Of a stretch of DNA of 64,000 nt, positions 50,911 through 61,936 are shown piece after piece. Every line of letters starts with the position of its first letter. Position 1 is the stretch's first letter. This DNA is from Chamaesiphon sp. (GTDB lineage: Bacteria; Cyanobacteriota; Cyanobacteriia; Cyanobacteriales; Chamaesiphonaceae): positions 1-64,000 of the forward strand of contig CBDFFH010000017.1 of assembly GCA_965246715.1 (NCBI GenBank), in the 5' to 3' direction. Position numbers and translations under genes: made by a program. A model generated the notes under the pieces. The model made no database searches, was not told where the DNA came from, and saw nothing but the letters and a program-made list of their open reading frames with translations.

Positions 50911-51474
50911 CTAATTAATATTTTCCATCCACACCTCGCGCGGCAATCGATACAAACAATGTTCCGCCAGCGGATGTTGTGGCGGTAAACTTGGATGCAA
51001 AAATGTGTCTGGGGCTATTTTCATGTGTAACCGTTCCATCACCGCACGGGAGCGGCGATTGCATACTGCGGTAAAGGAGACGATTTCGTCTAGATCGAGC
51101 GTTTCAAAGCCAATACTCAGAGCGCCCCGCGCCGCTTCGGAAGCATAGCCTTTGCCCCAGTAGTCAAAGCCTAACCGCCATCCAACTTCCACGCATGGCG
51201 AACAGGGTAATTCTGGTGCGGGAATGTTCAACCCGACAAATCCAATAAATTCTTGAGTACTTTCGATTTCGACAGCCCACCACCCCCAACCTTTATCAGC
51301 AATCTTCGACTGGATTCGCAGCAACATGGCATCGCTGGCAGCTCGATCGAGTAAATTGGGGAAAAATTCCATTACGCGCGGATCGGCATTTAAACGGGCA
51401 AATGGCTCCCGATCTGCGTCGCGCCACTGACGTAACCGTAGGCGTTCGGTACTAAATTCAATTGGTACTGCCAT
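50911..51474 (-). CDS. GNAT acetyltransferase (RimJ/RimL-like)
   Basis: TERLRLRQW, EVGWRL, WGKGYASEAA, NRRSRAVMERL. Confidence 0.92.
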   Translation of the reverse strand: MAVPIEFSTERLRLRQWRDADREPFARLNADPRVMEFFPNLLDRAASDAMLLRIQSKIADKGWGWWAVEIESTQEFIGFVGLNIPAPELPCSPCVEVGWRLGFDYWGKGYASEAARGALSIGFETLDLDEIVSFTAVCNRRSRAVMERLHMKIAPDTFLHPSLPPQHPLAEHCLYRLPREVWMENIN

Positions 51475-51623
51475 AAATCATGCTCCAACGTATACATCTT
51501 CACCCACTCCCCGACTCGTGCGACTCGACTTTAACCATCAGCGGGAACAGAGCATGAGAACCGATCGAAAGATGGCGTAGAGTCAATTCATTGAGATATT
51601 CTACGCCAACCGATCGTCCAGAT

Positions 51624-51974
51624 TTAACGAAAATTAAAGTCAGTGACTTGACAGAGATTGACATCTCTTTCTTCCACTACCGCACCATTCCGAAACACGG
51701 CTTTAAGGTCGTGCATACAGCCCTGAGCCTCATTACCAAACGTGAGTTTAAAAATCTCTCCGGGTTCTAAGATGTCTGAGTGCAAGACATCTTCCTCCCA
51801 ATCATTCGTGCCAGATGAAGAAACGAACAACCTGACGATCGGGATGCTAGACAGGTTATGGATTCTAAAATCTTGTCTCCCAGCAACAGCCGCATTAGCC
51901 AGCAAAGCGATGGTAGGCAAGACTAAAGCAGCAGTTAAGCTGGTACGAACTATTTTCATTTGCATCGGTAACAA
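51624..51974 (-). CDS. Small secreted beta-sandwich hypothetical protein
   Basis: Signal peptide; WEEDVL, C-x-x-DLKAVF, NLC. Confidence 0.75.
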   Translation of the reverse strand: MLPMQMKIVRTSLTAALVLPTIALLANAAVAGRQDFRIHNLSSIPIVRLFVSSSGTNDWEEDVLHSDILEPGEIFKLTFGNEAQGCMHDLKAVFRNGAVVEERDVNLCQVTDFNFR

Positions 51975-52326
51975 TCTCTAAAATTGAACCCCAATATTTT
52001 AACAATACCGATCTATTTACGCCTTAAAAATAATAATCTTTGCAGATTTTAAGTATATTGGCTACTACGGTCTATCGGGTGACAAACATCGCGAGCCAGA
52101 TTATTTTGATGTCTTCTCTCGCCCGATCTCCGGTACGATCGTTAACTAAATTGATGGTTCGATCGACTTCTCATAGCTACCACAAACTTATAGCAGCAGA
52201 CAATCTTTGCTGCGAACCACCACTTTTAAGTAAGCTAGCCATCACCCATGAATTTTAGTTATTGCCGAGCGCGATCGAAGATATAGTGAAGGCAAGACTT
52301 AACTGCCAATGCCCCTTTAATTTCCC

Positions 52327-54627
52327 ATGCCCAGACTAGCATCACTCTGGAAATCGCTCGTCAGCCGTAGATTACCGTGGGGAGTAGTAACAGTTTTGGG
52401 TGTCAGTTTGGGGGTGACGGGACTGGTTGTCGGCGCTAAAAATCTCGGCTGGCTGGAGATGGGCGAACTAACTGCTTACGACAGTAGCATTCGCTGGCGC
52501 AAGGTATTACCCCCCGATTCGCGCTTGCTGATCGTCGCAATTACCGAAGAGGATCTCAATCGGCAAGGAATCTGGCCGCTACCCGATCGGACGATCGCCC
52601 GCACGATCCAAAAACTTACTGATGCCCAAGCGAGTATTATCGGCTTGGATGTATTTCGGGCTAGCCCCGTCAATCCCGGACATGCCGAGCTAGTCAAAAT
52701 CTGGGATAACAACGATCGCATCATTCCCGGCTGTCACCATCGCAATCTCAAACATCTCGGTATCGCCGGCCCACCGGGAATTCCCGCTCAACAATTAGGG
52801 TTTGTGGATATTTTGGTCGATCGCGATAGCATCGTCCGCAGAGCGTTATTATTTATGTCTGGCGACCCCAAATCACCATGTTCGAGCGAGACGGCATTAT
52901 CGCTCCAAGTCGCGCAAGAATATCTCCTGCGCCAACATCAACTTCAGGGTCGATTCACCTCAGATCGGCAGTTTCAGATCGCCACAACCCAGTTTCACGC
53001 TATTTCCGGTAATGATGGGGGTTACCAAGCTGCCGAAACCGGCGGCTATCAGATCTTACTCAACTATCGAGCGCCTAATAATGTCGCCCCGATCGTCAGC
53101 ATTACGGATGTATTAGCAAATAAAGTCGATCCGCAGTTAATTAAAAATCGGATCGTGCTGATCGGCTCGACCGCCAGTTCGCTCAAGGACGAGTTTCTGA
53201 CTCCCTATAGTGAAGGTAAAGCTGAAGATGCCACCATGCCAGGAGTCGTCCTGCATGCCCAAATTACCAGCCAAATTCTCAGCGCAGTGCTGGACAAACA
53301 ACCGCTGTGGTGGTTTATTCCTGAATGGCAAGAAGGCATCTGGATCGGTAGCTGGTGTCTGGTGGGAAGTACGATCGCTTGGTATATTCGCCATCCCGTG
53401 AGATTATTAGTCGCCATCGGTGGTGCGACACTATTACTAGTGGGCGGATTTGCGATCGCGATCGGGCAGACAGCTTGGCTTCCCCTCGTCAGTCCAGCGA
53501 TCGGCTTAATTGTCAGCAGCATTGGGGTTTTGGGCTTAACTAGCTATCGCACCCAGCAGCAGCAACAGGAGCTAGCGAGTTTAGCCAGCGATCGAGCGCA
53601 GATTATCGTCGAACTCAAACAGTTGCTGAGTCAGAGTGCGCCGCCCCTGGCACTGCCAGCCGCAGTAACCGAAACGCAGCTCGATCCACTGGAGACGACG
53701 CTACCCGAACGCACGACGAAGCTAGATCCCAACTCAACCGTTCCCGATCCAGAACAGCCAACGCTCAACCAAAATCGAACCCCGAGCGTCCTCAGTGGCG
53801 CAATGCCCCCCAATTACCTTTTGGATGGACGCTATCAGGCAGAAGCAACGCTCGGTGCTGGTGGCTTTGGGGTAACTTATCTAGCGCGGGATACCAAGCT
53901 TCCTGGCAAACCCCAATGTGTCATCAAGCAACTAGTCCCAGCACGGCGGGATGCTAATTTTGTTAATTTAGCGCGGCGATTATTTAAAACCGAAGCAGAG
54001 ACACTCTCGCGGTTGGGACATCATCCACAGATTCCGCATTTGCTGGCATATTTCGAGGAAAAACAAGAGTTTTATTTAGTTCAAGAATTTATTGATGGTA
54101 CGCCACTCGATCGCGAGTTGGAGGGTGCGACAGCGCCTTGGAGCGAGGAGCGCGTTTTGGATCTATTGCGGCAGTTATTGCCCGTTTTGGGCTTCATTCA
54201 CAGTCAATATGCGATCCACCGCGATCTCAAACCAGGTAATATCATTCGCGCTCGGGATCGGGGTAAATTAGTGTTGATCGATTTTGGTGCAGTCAAAGAG
54301 ATTCACCCACAAGCTGCAATCGAGCGAGATCGGACGATCGCGATCGGCACCCGTGGTTATACGCCGCCCGAGCAATATGCGGGACAACCGAATTATAGTA
54401 GCGATATCTATGCTCTAGGAGCGATCGCGATCGAGACATTGACGAATACTCATCCGCGTTATCTACCCGTAGATGAAACTACTGGCAATCTCATCTGGCA
54501 AGATCGCGCCACTGTCTGCCCCGCGCTCGCAAAAGTTCTAGATAAGATGATTGCTTATCATTTCATCGCTCGCTATCAGTCAGCTACAGCAGTATTGATG
54601 GATTTAGCCGCGATCGAGACTCTATAA
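52327..54627 (+). CDS. CHASE2-domain Ser/Thr protein kinase
   Basis: CHASE2 (WPLPD, IGLDVFR, MPGVVLHA), three TM segments, kinase LGAGGFG/HRDLKPGN/DFG. Confidence 0.95.
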   Translation: MPRLASLWKSLVSRRLPWGVVTVLGVSLGVTGLVVGAKNLGWLEMGELTAYDSSIRWRKVLPPDSRLLIVAITEEDLNRQGIWPLPDRTIARTIQKLTDAQASIIGLDVFRASPVNPGHAELVKIWDNNDRIIPGCHHRNLKHLGIAGPPGIPAQQLGFVDILVDRDSIVRRALLFMSGDPKSPCSSETALSLQVAQEYLLRQHQLQGRFTSDRQFQIATTQFHAISGNDGGYQAAETGGYQILLNYRAPNNVAPIVSITDVLANKVDPQLIKNRIVLIGSTASSLKDEFLTPYSEGKAEDATMPGVVLHAQITSQILSAVLDKQPLWWFIPEWQEGIWIGSWCLVGSTIAWYIRHPVRLLVAIGGATLLLVGGFAIAIGQTAWLPLVSPAIGLIVSSIGVLGLTSYRTQQQQQELASLASDRAQIIVELKQLLSQSAPPLALPAAVTETQLDPLETTLPERTTKLDPNSTVPDPEQPTLNQNRTPSVLSGAMPPNYLLDGRYQAEATLGAGGFGVTYLARDTKLPGKPQCVIKQLVPARRDANFVNLARRLFKTEAETLSRLGHHPQIPHLLAYFEEKQEFYLVQEFIDGTPLDRELEGATAPWSEERVLDLLRQLLPVLGFIHSQYAIHRDLKPGNIIRARDRGKLVLIDFGAVKEIHPQAAIERDRTIAIGTRGYTPPEQYAGQPNYSSDIYALGAIAIETLTNTHPRYLPVDETTGNLIWQDRATVCPALAKVLDKMIAYHFIARYQSATAVLMDLAAIETL

Positions 54628-54782
54628 TTCGGCAATCTTCCCAAACACACAACTAGGAGAATGAATCGAATCGATCGACTCTCTCGAGCCGCTACTATAA
54701 ATCAATAGAACAATGGTCGATCGACAGTTCGACCAAACCAATCTTCTCGACACAAACTATCTAGGCTGAGACTAAATCCTAG

Positions 54783-55460
54783 ATGGTGGGCACTGCCGAC
54801 CATACTTTAAATAGTTTTGAAATATACGGAGACGTTTTAGTGGCTTGGGATACATACTTACACAACAATCTTGAATGTTATGGCGGAGATAGACCTTTTG
54901 ATGTTTTTCATTCAGCACTGGAAGAACTATCAGCTGATTATAAAGATAGATTCGGTCGTCCGCCTAGAATCATTGAATTACTCAATGCGCTAGAGACAAT
55001 TATAAATACAAGCAAGGAATGTGTTTGGGATTTAGAAGAGGATGAAGATCTGACGCTCGAATATAAAGTTACCAGTGATACTCACAACTCCTCAGAACCC
55101 AATACCCGACCGAAAAAAAAGATCGATTTTGAAGCTCCTTATGATTTTGAAGGTGCTTATACCGACATTACAGATCCTGGATATTACCTAGTTTCTAGAA
55201 CCAGTAATTTATATCGTGATGCAAAGGAGGAGGATTGTTTTAAAATCCCGACTTTGGAAGTGAGTGACAATATTTTAATTTGTGAGTATGAGATATTAAT
55301 CGATGATTTTGACGATATCGACGCATGTAAATTAATTAAAAAATACTTGCTGCATAAATTTTCTGGCGATTTTTACAAAGACCAAGCCTCGATTATTCTG
55401 TTCAAAAATATCATTACAGATACAACAACTTCAGTTCCCATGCAACAGGATTACCCCTAA
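54783..55460 (+). CDS. Hypothetical acidic AT-rich protein
   Basis: 225-aa ORF whose first codons overlap a REP remnant, so the true start is probably downstream (e.g. GTG 54840). Confidence 0.6.
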   Translation: MVGTADHTLNSFEIYGDVLVAWDTYLHNNLECYGGDRPFDVFHSALEELSADYKDRFGRPPRIIELLNALETIINTSKECVWDLEEDEDLTLEYKVTSDTHNSSEPNTRPKKKIDFEAPYDFEGAYTDITDPGYYLVSRTSNLYRDAKEEDCFKIPTLEVSDNILICEYEILIDDFDDIDACKLIKKYLLHKFSGDFYKDQASIILFKNIITDTTTSVPMQQDYP

Positions 55461-56017
55461 AAAGGCTATGGTGTAACACTATGAATTTCGAGAAGATGTT
55501 GTACCGCAATTCAACAATGTCAGAATTTCTGGGGATGGGTAAGCTGTGGATTTAGATGTCGATCGATAAATTTTCTCCACTATTTCCACTCATCGCTGGG
55601 TACTCAAATCGGGTGTATAAAGTCAATCCTCTGTAACGCATATTATCCAAAATCTCGATCGAGATGTGATTTAACTGAATAATGGTACCTTACGCGCCAA
55701 AAGAGCGTATTCTCTGTAGATATTTTCCGCGCTATTTCTCACAAAAATGTTCATATAAGAACATTTTGATTTTTTAAATAGGTACAGCCCAGCGGCAGAT
55801 TTCAAATCTGAAAAGTATCAGCCGCAGATGGTTTTACCAATCAGTTCTCACTATTTTACACACCACTAGATCGGTAGGGTGGGCAATGCCCACCACTCAA
55901 ATATATACGGAAAAAGCTTTTCAGCTCTTCTGTCTCCAAATTTTCATGGGTTATGACTCCCATTTCGATCGATACTTGTAAATGTCAGCAACAAGAACCG
56001 ATCGAGCTTAGAATAAT

Positions 56018-57331
56018 CTAAAACCAACCTGAGATCGTCTGTACGACCAGCCAACCATTCAAGCCGACGATAATCGTCGCCACAGCACAGGCAAGGACTT
56101 TCAGCCAGCGAGGATTGACAAATTCGCCCATCAACTGACGATCGCTGGTAAACATAATTAGCGGAATGACCGCAAATGAGAGCTGCAAGCTCAAGACTAC
56201 CTGACTAAAAATTAGCAAACTAGTCGAACTCCCCTCACCAAACCACACGATCGCGATTAATGCAGGGACGATCGCCAGCGCGCGGGTAAACAACCTTCGC
56301 AGCCAGGGTTTTAGCTTCAGATGGAGAAAACCTTCCATCACGATTTGACCCGCCATCGTCGCCGTGAGGGTGGAATTTTGACCGGAGGCGAGTAAAGCAA
56401 TCGCAAAGATCGCACTGGCAGGGCCGACACCTAACATCGGTGATAATAATTTATGAGCATCTTGAATCTCGGCAATATCGTGTCTGCCACCAACATGAAA
56501 TACTGCCGCTGCTAAAATCAGAATTGCGGAATTAATAAATAAAGCTAATGATAAAGCTACAGTCGAATCGATCGTCCCAAATTTAATCGCCTCGCGTTTT
56601 TTAGTTGGCGTATCTTGCCAATTGCGGGTTTGGACGATCGAGGAATGAAGATATAAATTGTGCGGCATTACTGTCGCCCCCAAAATACCGATCGCCAGAT
56701 ACAATGCTTCGGGATTTCTGACGATTTCAGCTTGTGGAATGTAGCCTTGTAAAACACTACCAAGATCGGGACGCGCAAAGATTAATTCGGCAATAAAACA
56801 GCCGCCAATGAGAGTAATTAGCGCGATTACCAAGGCTTCGATATACCGGAAACCGCGATGTTGGAGAAATAATAATACAAATACATCTAAACCCGTCAGA
56901 CAAACCCCGACCGCGAGTGGCAATCCAAATAACAGTTGTAAGGCGATCGCGCTACCTACAAGTTCGGCCAAGTCACAAGCGGCGATCGCGATTTCACACA
57001 ACACCCACAACCCAAAACTTACAGGTCTGCTAAAATTATCCCGACAAGCTTGGGCTAAATCGCGACCAGTTGCTACCCCCAGTCGCACGCACAGTGCTTG
57101 TAACAAGATTGCCATCAAATTTGATAGTAGGACGACACTCAGGAGACTATAGCCAAATTTAGAACCGCCAGCCAGATCGGTCGCCCAGTTCCCTGGATCC
57201 ATATAGCCCACCGACACGAGATACCCAGGCCCACCATAGGCAAGTAATTTACGCCAAAAGCCGCCGCGTTCTGGTACGGCGATCGATCGATGCACTTCTG
57301 GCAGTGAGGGTCTGTGTTCGGCTTGCATCAT
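56018..57331 (-). CDS. mntH: Nramp-family Mn2+ transporter
   Basis: [28 protein letters not shown]. Confidence 0.96.
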   Translation of the reverse strand: MMQAEHRPSLPEVHRSIAVPERGGFWRKLLAYGGPGYLVSVGYMDPGNWATDLAGGSKFGYSLLSVVLLSNLMAILLQALCVRLGVATGRDLAQACRDNFSRPVSFGLWVLCEIAIAACDLAELVGSAIALQLLFGLPLAVGVCLTGLDVFVLLFLQHRGFRYIEALVIALITLIGGCFIAELIFARPDLGSVLQGYIPQAEIVRNPEALYLAIGILGATVMPHNLYLHSSIVQTRNWQDTPTKKREAIKFGTIDSTVALSLALFINSAILILAAAVFHVGGRHDIAEIQDAHKLLSPMLGVGPASAIFAIALLASGQNSTLTATMAGQIVMEGFLHLKLKPWLRRLFTRALAIVPALIAIVWFGEGSSTSLLIFSQVVLSLQLSFAVIPLIMFTSDRQLMGEFVNPRWLKVLACAVATIIVGLNGWLVVQTISGWF

Positions 57332-57384
57332 GACGGAATCTCAAAATTGCTTCACACTTTTTAATCTAACATAGAGCGAGTGAA

Positions 57385-57403
57385 AGTGAAAGAATTATGA
57401 GAA
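57385..57403. promoter_or_regulatory. ManR-type binding box upstream of mntH
   Basis: AGTGAAAG-AAT-TATGAGAA resembles the ManR direct repeat (T/A)ATGA(G/A)A(A/G)-N3-repeat; ~55 bp from mntH start. Confidence 0.65.
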
Positions 57404-57542
57404 TACGAGAAGCGGCCTGCGGCTGGCTTAAATGGTAGCGATTTTGGATTCTGGGCGATCTTCGGAAAAATATTTGCCGACAAACCGCTCCCGCTCTGAA
57501 AAATTTCTTGGTCTAACGACAGCCAAGCATTCGATCGAACGC

Positions 57543-58820
57543 TCAAGACCCGATGCTTGCTGGTGTAACCAGTCTAGACAAAATCGTCTCACAGGCCAGA
57601 CTGACACCATCCTCGGCACTGACGAGCCGGCCGATTTCTTCAGCTCTAGTCGCATAACTAGGATCGGTTAGCAATGCGCTCAATTCTTTAACAGCGCGGT
57701 TGACAGTATAGTTTTCGCGGGAAATCGTGCGCGACACCCCCAACCGTTCGGCGCGAGCGGCATTATCTGGTTGGTCGTGACTGTAAGGCATAATTAATGT
57801 CGGACGACCCGATCGCAATCCCTGAGCCGTGGTACCGATACCGCCTTGATGGACGATCGCTGCCGCATGCGGAAAGATTTGGGAATATGGAGCATAATCG
57901 ATCGCGATTAGCTCTGGTGGCAGATTTTCTGGTGGGGGATTGGTGCCGATGAGCAACACAGCGCGGCGATTTAACCGAATTGCGGTTTCGATACTCACTT
58001 GAAAAAATCGACCGGGAGCGACGACAGCAGCCGAGCCAAGGGTAAAGACGATCGGGGGCGCTCCTGCTGCTAAAAATCGCTCTAACTCGTCAGAGAGCGC
58101 TCGCTCGCCCCCACCATCATAAACGGGAAACCCCGTTTGCACGGTATGTGGCGGCCAATCGGGTTGTGGCGCACCGACAACTGAGGAAAATAACGCTAAA
58201 ACTAGCTCTGGTGAATACTTGGCATCGATAATTGGATTGCCCACGATCGGCGCTAACCCCACTTCTTGGCGGAGGTGGCGGACTGGATCGCCCCAATTGC
58301 GAGTCACAATCTTCGCAGCATCCCGAATCAGGCGATTTACCTTTGGCCCTAGCCAGCGGAATTTGGCGACAAATGGATATGGCGGCAACACAAACGGATC
58401 GTAAGCCGAAAAAAACGAACCAGGAGCCAAGATGCCAGTAGCCCAGTCAAGATCGAGCATTTCCGCCACTAACGGCGCAGCAAAGACAACCTCATGTGCA
58501 ACCATAAAATCTACACCCTTTGCCGCTGCTAGCAAATGGTGGTAATTGTCGCGTAAATTTACCATCAAATAATCTTTGAAGACGCGCTCCGTCCCCTTTT
58601 GGCGATCCATCATCATGGCCACCATTTCCGGATCGGCGACGTTCATAAAATCTTCACCCAACGGCTGAAACTCAAACCCCACAGCTTCGATCGCGGCTTG
58701 ATAGTCTTTTAGTGTCACGAATACAATCTCGTGACCCCGATCGCGCAATCCTAACCCCAGCGCGATATACGGATGGAGATCGCCCAGCGAACCCAAGGTC
58801 GTTAACAAAATTCGACTCAT
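57543..58820 (-). CDS. GT1-family (GT-B) glycosyltransferase
   Basis: GSLGDLHPY, FTLGSA, VHQGGIGTT, HDQPDNA. Confidence 0.93.
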   Translation of the reverse strand: MSRILLTTLGSLGDLHPYIALGLGLRDRGHEIVFVTLKDYQAAIEAVGFEFQPLGEDFMNVADPEMVAMMMDRQKGTERVFKDYLMVNLRDNYHHLLAAAKGVDFMVAHEVVFAAPLVAEMLDLDWATGILAPGSFFSAYDPFVLPPYPFVAKFRWLGPKVNRLIRDAAKIVTRNWGDPVRHLRQEVGLAPIVGNPIIDAKYSPELVLALFSSVVGAPQPDWPPHTVQTGFPVYDGGGERALSDELERFLAAGAPPIVFTLGSAAVVAPGRFFQVSIETAIRLNRRAVLLIGTNPPPENLPPELIAIDYAPYSQIFPHAAAIVHQGGIGTTAQGLRSGRPTLIMPYSHDQPDNAARAERLGVSRTISRENYTVNRAVKELSALLTDPSYATRAEEIGRLVSAEDGVSLACETILSRLVTPASIGS

Positions 58821-58822
58821 GA

Positions 58823-59206
58823 CATTGATTTAGACGATGATCTGCTTGCGATAAGATATGGATCGGCCAAACGATTGTAACTTGTCCTAAACTCAGTCCT
58901 TGCCAATTCCCGTGAGTTGGGAAATGCCGATCTAGCAGTTCTTGAACACCCATTCGTTCGAGCTGCGCTAGTAGTAAGGGAATGTCATCAACTCGTTCTG
59001 TCTTGAGGATTGTCGGCTTGTTCATTTCCTCACTTTACCCCCAGCAATTCCAAATTCAGAACGAATTTACGCCCTTTCAACCGATCGTGTCTCTTCAATA
59101 GATCTCGATCTTAACGAGAAATCAAGGGTTTCAGCCACTGAAAATTTTGAATTGCTGCTTTACCCCAATCTTCCACCCCCTCTCCTAAATCAGCGAACCG
59201 TCAGGG
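58823..59206 (-). mobile_element. IS1634-type transposase N-terminal fragment with left end
   Basis: ERVDDIPLL...FPTHGNWQGLSLG...DHRLN from 59025; end-like CCCTGACGGTTCGCTG at 59206; truncated at the GT start. Confidence 0.75.
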
Positions 59207-59325
59207 AGAATGCTGCTCGATCGGTCATCAAATCGCGATTGGTAACGAGCGAATAGTGTAAGGACTGGTCGCGGCAACCAACAGCCAGAAGTACGATCGT
59301 TCGCCGATCGTACTTCTAGCTATTC

Positions 59326-59664
59326 CTAGTCGCGGTCGTTAGAGAAAGAGCTAGAACCGGTCATCATTTCTTCGAGTTCCATGCGTTGTTCCATTTGGCG
59401 CAAGAAGTAACCCGTCATCATCGCCGAACCCAGGAGGCTGGCTAGATTATCTCGATCGGTAGTTACTTGTACGCTAAAGCCTTCGCTGGGTAACATCCCC
59501 AAGAGACCTTGGATGTTATGGGTGATAATATCTTTTACCTGTGGAGTAGTGGCCTTAGCAATTTGGGCTAAGACTTCTGGGGATTGATGTTGAAGATACT
59601 TTAGTAATTGATTTACTTGAGCCTCTTCAGATTTGTGTTCCAGAAAATCAGGATTAAATGCCAT
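59326..59664 (-). CDS. DUF760-family protein
   Basis: NQLLKYLQ, NIQGLLGMLP, LLGSAMMTGYFLRQMEQR. Confidence 0.9.
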   Translation of the reverse strand: MAFNPDFLEHKSEEAQVNQLLKYLQHQSPEVLAQIAKATTPQVKDIITHNIQGLLGMLPSEGFSVQVTTDRDNLASLLGSAMMTGYFLRQMEQRMELEEMMTGSSSFSNDRD

Positions 59665-59849
59665 TATGACTTAAATGGAGCGAGGTTGTGATTGGTTTAG
59701 TGCAGGCGATCGTCGCGATATTTCTATGATACTGTGTTGTCGGGCAGAATAAAACGCGGCAGATCCCGATCTTATTGTGCCCTCAGAACGGTTATCCACA
59801 CACATAGATCTCAATTTTGGCAGCAGGTGCGGGGAAAGTTCGACCAGAA

Positions 59850-60410
59850 CTAAGTTGCTAATTCCGACTCTGGCAGCGATTCATTTGACTCTGTAGTGAA
59901 ATCCACCCCATCGGTTGGCGGGGCAATTGCAGCGATTTGTGGAGAGAGTGGCAAATCGTTAAGTTCGTAGGTGCGATGAAATTTGTCTGTGACCTGGAGC
60001 AGCGAAGATCGACTCCCAGATTGGCGGCGTTTGCGGACGAAACCGATTTCGACGAGTTCTTGAACGTGCTGATACGCGCCGCTACCTCTTAATTCTACCA
60101 GTTCTGATTGCGAGATCGATCCTTTAATCGCGATCGCGGCCAAAGTCCGCAACGCACCCGTACCGATTTCGGACGGAATCATTTTGTCGATCAATGGCTG
60201 AAAGGAGCTACGCAATTGGAGTGCGTAACCAGTTGGTGTTTCGACGACTTCGAGGGCGCTATCGCGATGTGCGTAGTCATCCATGAGTTCGATCGTCGCA
60301 TTTTCTGCTGCATCCCGATCGCAGCCAGCGCATTCAGCGATAACCGCTAAATCGAGCGGTTGTCCCTTGAGATATAAAATAGCTTCAATTTGACTGGCGA
60401 GACGAAACAT
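59850..60410 (-). CDS. scpB: SMC-Scp complex subunit ScpB
   Basis: IEAILY, ALRTLAAIA, LVELRG. Confidence 0.92.
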   Translation of the reverse strand: MFRLASQIEAILYLKGQPLDLAVIAECAGCDRDAAENATIELMDDYAHRDSALEVVETPTGYALQLRSSFQPLIDKMIPSEIGTGALRTLAAIAIKGSISQSELVELRGSGAYQHVQELVEIGFVRKRRQSGSRSSLLQVTDKFHRTYELNDLPLSPQIAAIAPPTDGVDFTTESNESLPESELAT

Positions 60411-60466
60411 CGAGTTAATTATGCTGCGAGTTAGCCATTATCATAGAGTGAGTTGGCACGCGATCG

Positions 60467-60730
60467 TTATTCGATTAGCAATAATTCATCGTTGTCTGCG
60501 GCCATTTCATCGAGAGATTGCCAACCTGGTTGCCATTGGGTGCGATCTTTGATGGCTTGGGCGTTAATCCAAAACCTGACTGTGGGGTCACAGGATGAGA
60601 CCATTTCGGCAAAGACCCACTGGCCTTCATGTTTGCGATTGACTACCTGAAAATGTCGCCACCCCCACATTTTTTGGGTTGCCGTCCATTTAGAGCCGAG
60701 GAGATGAGGAAATTTTTGTTTTTTTGCCAC
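60467..60730 (-). CDS. TIGR02450-family Trp-rich protein
   Basis: LLGSKWTA, WRHFQV, WQPGW. Confidence 0.85.
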   Translation of the reverse strand: MAKKQKFPHLLGSKWTATQKMWGWRHFQVVNRKHEGQWVFAEMVSSCDPTVRFWINAQAIKDRTQWQPGWQSLDEMAADNDELLLIE

Positions 60731-60780
60731 GGAATGCCGTCAATACCACCGCAGCTAGTATAACTAATTCGATCGAGACT

Positions 60781-61380
60781 ATGACGAAGTATCATCTCCC
60801 AGGAATTATCGCGGGCTATTCGCGGGGGAATTTTTTGATGGCTGAGGAGGATGAAGCTCTACAGTGGTACTCTAGCAGCGAACACGCGCTGATTCCGCTC
60901 GACGATCGCTTTCGCTATCCTACCTCACTGCGGCGTGTCATCAACCAATCGCGGTTTACCGTGCGGATTAATGGCGATTTTCGATCGGTGGTAGCGGGTT
61001 GTGCCGATCGAGATACTACCTGGATTTCGGACGAACTTCAGGAGATTTATTGGGAATTGTACCAGGCGGGCTGGGCGTATAGTTTTGAAACTTGGCAAGG
61101 TACCGAACTAGCGGGTGGGGTGCTGGGGATTGCGATCGGCGGTGCATTTATCGGGGAATCGATGTTTTTTCGTATTTCTGAAGGCTCGAAAGTAGCGATG
61201 GTAAAACTAGTCGAGCATCTGCGCCAGCAAAACTTCAGTCTTTTCGATGCTCAGATGCTCAACCCACATCTCGAACGGTTTGGGGCATACCCGATCGATA
61301 ACAATGACTATCAAAAATTACTCCAAGTCGCGATCGCTCAAAAGCGCAAATTTAACAGCTCGCCCAATCTAGAACCCTAA
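60781..61380 (+). CDS. aat: Leucyl/phenylalanyl-tRNA--protein transferase
   Basis: TWIS, AYSFETW, GAFIGESMF, SKVAM, FDAQ..NPHLERFGA. Confidence 0.93.
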   Translation: MTKYHLPGIIAGYSRGNFLMAEEDEALQWYSSSEHALIPLDDRFRYPTSLRRVINQSRFTVRINGDFRSVVAGCADRDTTWISDELQEIYWELYQAGWAYSFETWQGTELAGGVLGIAIGGAFIGESMFFRISEGSKVAMVKLVEHLRQQNFSLFDAQMLNPHLERFGAYPIDNNDYQKLLQVAIAQKRKFNSSPNLEP

Positions 61381-61416
61381 TAAAATTAGATCGATCGGAC
61401 TTTCTTCATCAATTTT

Positions 61417-61824
61417 ATGCCTGCAACAGTTCGTCGAAATCGATATTGGTATGCGATCGCGATCGTGTTGGTCATCGTACTAGGAATCGCATCGCGCCGC
61501 TATCCTCAAATATTCCCAACAGCACTTGGCAAATATCCTGGCGATGCCCTGTGGACGATCGTGGTTTTTCTGCTGGGAGGCACGATCTTCCCGCGCGCTA
61601 GTACGCTTAAAATCGCGGGATCGGCCTTGGCAATATCTTACATCGTCGAGTTGTGTCAGCTTTACCAAGCACCCTGGATCGTGGTAATTCGGCAGACAAC
61701 GCTCGGACATCTCATCTTGGGTTCGCAGTTTGCCTGGGAGGATCTAGTTGCTCATACAGTCGGTGCGGCGATCGCCATGCTAGCAGAATTGGGCTTATTC
61801 GCCTCAAACCCAAGAACTAAATAG
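61417..61824 (+). CDS. DUF2809-family membrane protein
   Basis: GDALW, VELCQLY, LILGSQFAWEDL. Confidence 0.85.
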   Translation: MPATVRRNRYWYAIAIVLVIVLGIASRRYPQIFPTALGKYPGDALWTIVVFLLGGTIFPRASTLKIAGSALAISYIVELCQLYQAPWIVVIRQTTLGHLILGSQFAWEDLVAHTVGAAIAMLAELGLFASNPRTK

Positions 61825-61936
61825 CCGCCACGCAGAATGGTAAGATGGCTGGTGTTGGCATCTTGGTTGGCGGATCTCCTTCAGAGCACCCGAGCCAACG
61901 ATCGCAGCGCCAGTCTTGAAAATATAAAAAATATTT

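Noticed and set aside
57332..57542. yybP-ykoY Mn riboswitch upstream of mntH
   Set aside because: Conserved riboswitch motifs not found by eye; a ManR-like box explains the region better.
58672..59025. 117-aa ORF as a complete gene
   Set aside because: Transposase stub reading out-of-frame into the glycosyltransferase.
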